Origin: Deltaproteobacteria bacterium TL4
GTDB taxonomy: Bacteria > SAR324 > NAC60-12
Direction: 5' to 3'
Assembly (NCBI GenBank): GCA_051382335.1
Contig: JBBCAX010000108.1
Span: forward strand, 1 to 11,856
DNA length: 11,856 nucleotides
In this document: positions 7,702 to 11,856 of the stretch, piece by piece
Layout: each line of letters starts with the position of its first letter
Numbering within the stretch: the first letter of the stretch is position 1
The notes under the pieces: model-generated
Seen by the model: only the letters and a program-made list of their open reading frames with translations
What the model was told of the DNA's origin: nothing
The model's database searches: none
Program-made: the position numbers and the translations under genes

Positions 7702-7730
7702 GCTTAGAGCCATTTTAAGCCCTTTTTTTT
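7702..7730 (+). terminator. Possible weak intrinsic terminator
   Basis: Hairpin GCTTAGA-GCCAT-TTTAAGC (one G:U pair) followed by CC and T8, downstream of the tRNA-Gly promoter and at the integrase stop. Confidence 0.3.
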
Positions 7731-8691
7731 AGATTCCTTTTTTCCTCAAAAATGGATTATTTTCATCTAGGATCCGCTTGTCGTAGGTATCCAATTTCTT
7801 TGCTACATTTCTGTGCCTCCGGTCTGTATTTGACAAGTAAAGTTTGGTGACTTTAGTCGAGGAATGCCCGACCATCCCACTCACCACATCCAATTCAATA
7901 TTGAGTGTGTTGAAAAGCCTGTCGATAAACAAAGCTCTGAAACCATGAAGGGGTTTGATCGATCTGGCTTTCCAGCCAAGGGTTTTGTAGTGTCGGTTAA
8001 ACGCCTGGGTTAAACCGTGCGGACTCTTGTAGAGGATTTCTCCATGTCCATCGTCTAAAAGATAAATCTCTTTAGGGAATAGTTTTTTCTGTTCCAGCAA
8101 ATAGGCCAGCAAATAGTCAGGACAATCCACCCGCTTCTCCTTCTTCTCTTTGACTATAAAGTTTTCCTGATGTCTGACATGAATACACTTCCTGCCAAAA
8201 TCAACATAATCCCATCTGAGATAAAAAACTTCCGCACGTCTCATCCCTGTTGCCAAAAGCACCATTAAAGCTCTTTCATGAAGTCTGAAACAACGTCTTA
8301 AATAATTGTTATCCGCTTTCTCTTGTAACATAGCCAAGCGGTGAAACAGGCGTTCCAGTTCTTCCAAAGAAAGAATCGAGGGTAACTTTAGTGGTTCCCT
8401 TAATTTACTGAATCGAGGGACTTTATCAATAAAGCCTCGATCATACGCCCAATTGAGAAAGGTTTTCAATCGTTGCAATTTCATGTTGGTACTCACTTCG
8501 TTCAATCCTTCTTCTCTCAGATAAGCAATGAATTGATCCACATGCTCAAGAGAAAATTCATTGATTTCATGATTGCCTACCGCTTTAAGATACACCTTCA
8601 CAAACGGCTCGTAGTGCATTTTTAAGGTATTGGGATGTCGTCTTGTTTTCGAAACTTCTAACCACTTTTCCATAACACGATGCATATCCAT
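7729..8691 (-). CDS. Tyrosine recombinase / site-specific integrase
   Basis: The catalytic residues are all present: TGMRRAEV (R), KEKKEKRV (K), PLHGFRALF (H-x-x-R), MVGHSSTKVTKLY (H, Y). It has an N-terminal helical core-binding domain (HVDQFIAYLREEGLNEVSTNMKLQRLKTFLNWA) and AGGAAG upstream. Confidence 0.93.
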   Translation of the reverse strand: MDMHRVMEKWLEVSKTRRHPNTLKMHYEPFVKVYLKAVGNHEINEFSLEHVDQFIAYLREEGLNEVSTNMKLQRLKTFLNWAYDRGFIDKVPRFSKLREPLKLPSILSLEELERLFHRLAMLQEKADNNYLRRCFRLHERALMVLLATGMRRAEVFYLRWDYVDFGRKCIHVRHQENFIVKEKKEKRVDCPDYLLAYLLEQKKLFPKEIYLLDDGHGEILYKSPHGLTQAFNRHYKTLGWKARSIKPLHGFRALFIDRLFNTLNIELDVVSGMVGHSSTKVTKLYLSNTDRRHRNVAKKLDTYDKRILDENNPFLRKKGI

Positions 8692-8858
8692 AACTTTTTT
8701 CTTCCTATATATGAGTTTGGGGTTATCCCTACTTCTTTTGCTCTATGGCACTAAAACAAAGGGGTAGCTGGCGTTTTTGTAACCGCAACCATCCCCCAAC
8801 TTTGGGGCACCTTGGGGGCTACTGGTTTTAGTTTGCCCCCTACAACTTGCATCGTCTT

Positions 8859-8945
8859 TTAGTTTTGGGGTTTCAATTGAGTGGAATCAATAAGACCAGG
8901 AATAAACTTGGAACCATCCTCTCCTTCTCCATTCCAAAGCATCTC
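8859..8945 (-). pseudogene. Detached native C-terminus of the primase gene
   Basis: Reads EMLWNGEGEDGSKFIPGLIDSTQLKPQN-stop. It joins in frame to ...GQSYIY when the 8952-9145 insert and one ATAGAT copy are removed. Confidence 0.8.
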
Positions 8946-8951
8946 ATAGAT

Positions 8952-9145
8952 CTGGACTTTGAACATTTGATTCATGGTTTTAGTTTTAATTATTCAATAA
9001 TATCAGTGGTTTTATTTTATGAATGAATTAATGCAAGGTTATTATTTCCCGTTTTTCAGGCCAAACCTATCATTAATTCTAATACGACTTTATAAGTCTC
9101 TGATTTTATTCAGGAGTAATATTGAGCAAATTGTTCAAAGTCGAG
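8952..9145. mobile_element. 194-bp miniature inverted-repeat transposable element (MITE)
   Basis: Terminal inverted repeats CTGGACTTTGAACATTTG (left) and CTCGACTTTGAACAATTTG (right, reverse complement). ATAGAT direct repeat at 8946-8951 and 9146-9151. Very AT-rich interior. It interrupts a reading frame. Confidence 0.88.
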
Positions 9146-11728
9146 ATAGATATAACTTTGTCCACGTTTTCCCTGGTGAGAAATCATGTATTCCAGATCT
9201 TCAAGGCGTTTCATATGAACCTTGAGTTGCCAGTCCGACCAGCGTGTATATTGACGAACCGCTTTGCGGCTAAAAAAGATTTCGGAGAATGGCAAGTCCT
9301 GGTCTCTGGCAATGTCATCAACCATTTGATGAATCAGTTTGAGCAGGCGTCGGGTTTGAGGGGCGAGTTCGTCCAGGCAACGTCCCAGGATTTCCACCAT
9401 CAAACGATTAGCAACCTCAATATCTGATGGGGTCACTTCGATATACTCTAAAGATTGATCGTCTATGGAGGTGACTTGGCGAGGGCGTTGATATTGATGA
9501 AGGAAGGTCACTGACTTGATTAAACCCAAATACTTCTTATTGTCTCTACGATTCCTTAAATAATCAGTCGTAAAGGTCAGTTGTTCCGCATAAGGATTGA
9601 TCACTTTCAAGGATTTCAATAAACGCTGGGCGTTGTGATGTTTGCGCTTCACCCCTTCTTGTTGAACCTTTTGTTTTAATCCTTCCAGGGTTTCGGCTTG
9701 ACGCTGTTTTTTATGAATTAAATCAGTTTGTTTGCGATCTTCCTCTATCGTAATTCGAATGAAACGATTGATCAATTCCTCATCAACATCCGCCTGTGTG
9801 GTGGTCAACAAAACAGCGCTCGGTCCTCGCACCATCTTTTGCTGGACCACAAACTCACCACTTTTAGGATCTTTGACGGTCGAGGCGATTTTGAGTTGTT
9901 TGTCGGAGATGAGGTTTTTTAATGCGTATCCCGCTTTTTCCGCTCCCTCGTCTTCGGAAATAGCTAGGATTTTGTGAACCAATTGATCTTCTTGAACGTA
10001 GTACAACGCCTGACCTGTCAAGGCCGTCCACTTCTCAAAATCTTCAGGAGGGGTTAGGGAAAGAACGCTATCAAGCAAGGTACTTTTTCCTGCACTGGAT
10101 GAACTTTGTACCATGACCGCCAGGGGATCATCGAGTTTCCTGGAAATCGAGGCTAAATATCCGACTAATTTATTGATTTCCTCACCGACTAAACCAATCG
10201 TATCAAAGTCTTTCAAGATTTGTTTGAGTAGGTTCTTTTGCTTCAGGAAGTCCAAGGCTTCCTTTTCCTCCTCGCTACTCATCTCAACAGAAACGGATTC
10301 CTCCTTATCCTCGTTTTGTCTCAATAAACGCTCAACCAACATTTCTATTTCTGGTAGGAGGTGATCCAAATCTTTTTTGAGGATTAAAGGTCTCAGTTGA
10401 AGATCGTTTGAGGCTCCCGTGATAAATTGTTGACGCTGACGATTAGAAATCAGATCCAGGGTATCCAAGAAAAACAAATCCTCTTGCTGAATTTTTAGCT
10501 GAATTTTCAAGTTCTCCACAGAGCGGATTTTCTCAATCCCTCGCAAGCGGTAGTGCCGATTGTCAAAGCTGATTTCAGCTTGTGTTCCATCCCACTTCAA
10601 GGCTTGACTAGCTGCTAAAGAAGAAGGACCTGGACGCACCTGATTTATAGAAGGAGTAAGGTAGGACAGGCGACATTCCAAAAGCCCTTGTAATGCGTTT
10701 TTGGGATCACTTTGACTCAATATAAATTCGTTCACATCCTGATTTTTAGGCAACAAAATCCGTTCAACGACAAAACCTTCTTTCAATAAACATTTCGCTA
10801 GTTGATCCGCCGCTGTGTTTCCTGGTTCATCATTGTCATAGGCAATCCATATCATTTGAACTCCTTTTGTTTTGATGACTTCCAGCATTTCATCCGTGAA
10901 CCCACCCGCACCAAAGGAAGCGGTGATATTTTTGAAATCGTGAACCCAAAAGCTGAGGGCGTCAATGATGCATTCGCAGAGAATCAAGGGAGTTTCTCCG
11001 CTAAAGGATTGATGGTTGAATACGCCTCGATGAGAGTCTGGTAAATAGAGATGAGGAATAGTCGTTTTTTGTGCTCTTCCGACTCTGCGACCATAGATTT
11101 CGCCAAGGGTTCCATTGCTTTTAAATATGGGAAAGGTCAAACATCCATTGAAGTGTTCCTGACCATTTTCCCTTAGCAGTCCCCAGGATTTGAGTTGTTC
11201 CCTGGTTGTTTCTTTGTTTCCCGATTTCTGAGGGGGTAACATCTGAAACAAAGAGCGATTCGCCAAGCCAATCTTGAAGGTTTTCAACAACTCGGGTTGA
11301 TTCAAACCCCGACTCTCCAGATAGGCCAATGCGGATGGTGTGTTGAGAAGGGTCTGATGATAATGTTCAAGTGCCTTTAAAACCTCAGCTTCCGCTTGAG
11401 AAGCACAAGGGATTTTGCTATCTTGTTCCATATCTGATTTTTCAGATAGTTGCTTGTTGGATTCTCCATCGAAGCTCGCCAAAGTCTCTTGGAGGGTCCA
11501 ACCTTTATCTTCCATTACAAAGTCAATTACCGATCCACCTTTCCCACATCCAAAGCAGTGCCATATTTTTTTAGCCGGGGTGATGTGGAACGAAGGTGTC
11601 TTTTCTGAATGAAAAGGACACAACGCAACCAGGTCTTTCCCCTGAGGCTTGAGAGCAATCCCACGTTTTTTAACTTCAGCAACAAGATCCATCTCCTGTT
11701 TTATCTGATCTATTGTCTTTTTTGACAT
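9110..11728 (-). CDS. Mobile-element DNA primase: CHC2 zinc finger, Toprim, P-loop ATPase/helicase-like domain and C-terminal HTH; 3' end altered by the MITE
   Basis: Zinc finger CPFHSEKTPSF...WHCFGC; Toprim ILCECIIDALS...IAYDNDEPG; Walker A-like QSSSSAGKST; Walker B-like ILAISEDE; wHTH-like FSRKAVRQYTRWSDWQLKVHMKRLEDLEY; AAGGA ribosome-binding site. It is too long and differently built to be housekeeping DnaG. Confidence 0.88.
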   Translation of the reverse strand: MSKKTIDQIKQEMDLVAEVKKRGIALKPQGKDLVALCPFHSEKTPSFHITPAKKIWHCFGCGKGGSVIDFVMEDKGWTLQETLASFDGESNKQLSEKSDMEQDSKIPCASQAEAEVLKALEHYHQTLLNTPSALAYLESRGLNQPELLKTFKIGLANRSLFQMLPPQKSGNKETTREQLKSWGLLRENGQEHFNGCLTFPIFKSNGTLGEIYGRRVGRAQKTTIPHLYLPDSHRGVFNHQSFSGETPLILCECIIDALSFWVHDFKNITASFGAGGFTDEMLEVIKTKGVQMIWIAYDNDEPGNTAADQLAKCLLKEGFVVERILLPKNQDVNEFILSQSDPKNALQGLLECRLSYLTPSINQVRPGPSSLAASQALKWDGTQAEISFDNRHYRLRGIEKIRSVENLKIQLKIQQEDLFFLDTLDLISNRQRQQFITGASNDLQLRPLILKKDLDHLLPEIEMLVERLLRQNEDKEESVSVEMSSEEEKEALDFLKQKNLLKQILKDFDTIGLVGEEINKLVGYLASISRKLDDPLAVMVQSSSSAGKSTLLDSVLSLTPPEDFEKWTALTGQALYYVQEDQLVHKILAISEDEGAEKAGYALKNLISDKQLKIASTVKDPKSGEFVVQQKMVRGPSAVLLTTTQADVDEELINRFIRITIEEDRKQTDLIHKKQRQAETLEGLKQKVQQEGVKRKHHNAQRLLKSLKVINPYAEQLTFTTDYLRNRRDNKKYLGLIKSVTFLHQYQRPRQVTSIDDQSLEYIEVTPSDIEVANRLMVEILGRCLDELAPQTRRLLKLIHQMVDDIARDQDLPFSEIFFSRKAVRQYTRWSDWQLKVHMKRLEDLEYMISHQGKRGQSYIYLDFEQFAQYYS

Positions 11729-11855
11729 ACATTTTCCTTTCTCTATTTCTCAATTGTTCAAATAGTAAATCCCTGAGTAAATTCAAGGATTCCCGCAATT
11801 TAAGCGGTTCCACCAGTGCATTACCTGTACGATAACTCATATCGAGTTCGTCCAG
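11676..11855 (-). CDS. 3' end of a hypothetical upstream ORF overlapping the primase start (5'-truncated by the window edge)
   Basis: Open frame of 60 codons from the window edge (LDELDMSYRTGNALVEPLKLRESLNLLRDLLFEQLRNRERK...CC-stop) overlapping the primase by 53 nt. Confidence 0.4.
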   Translation of the reverse strand: MDELDMSYRTGNALVEPLKLRESLNLLRDLLFEQLRNRERKMYVKKDNRSDKTGDGSCC

Positions 11856-11856
11856 T

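Larger units (their letters stand above)
7662..11856 (-). mobile_element. Integrative element (integrase plus primase-ATPase module) inserted at tRNA-Gly(GCC); continues beyond the window
   Basis: Broken tRNA with att-like symmetry, an adjacent tyrosine integrase and a co-oriented non-chromosomal primase fusion. Confidence 0.75.

Noticed and set aside
7631..7730. Group I intron in tRNA-Gly
   Set aside because: The break falls after position 38, no intron core is recognisable, and an integrase with an att-like dyad explains the junction better.
9019..11612. Short + strand ORFs (9019..9225, 9122..9427, 9728..9922, 9732..9977, 10113..10364, 10802..11044, 11371..11574, 11415..11612)
   Set aside because: Antisense to the primase or starting within the MITE, with no independent coding evidence.
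9110..11728. Calling this gene chromosomal dnaG, or the integrase xerC/xerD
   Set aside because: The primase has an extra ATPase and HTH region and sits in a mobile context. The recombinase lacks the XerC/XerD HxLRHSFATHLL signature.
1..11856. CRISPR array or long tandem nucleotide repeats
   Set aside because: No regularly spaced direct repeats were seen by eye.

Overview
AT-rich accessory region with three parts. (1) 1-1540 is a nest of insertion-sequence pieces: the 3' part of an unclassified putative DDE transposase, the 3' end of an ISAzo13-family transposase, and the 5' start of a probable second copy of the first element on the opposite strand. (2) 1639-7245 (- strand) is a two-gene unit. 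The first gene is a 1648-aa exported YD/RHS protein with bacterial teneurin-like architecture but no NHL propeller. It carries two N-terminal ~105-aa repeats and a Cys-rich C-terminal phospholipase-A2-like cargo. It is followed directly by a small outer-membrane beta-barrel gene, not an obvious immunity gene. (3) 7399-11856 holds two back-to-back broken tRNA genes (3' 60 nt of tRNA-Ala(GGC); promoter plus 5' 38 nt of tRNA-Gly(GCC)). The Gly fragment ends exactly at the anticodon loop, where an integrative element begins. This element encodes a tyrosine integrase and a CHC2-Toprim-ATPase primase whose last 28 codons are cut off by a 194-bp MITE with a 6-bp target duplication. All assignments come from reading motifs; no searches were run.
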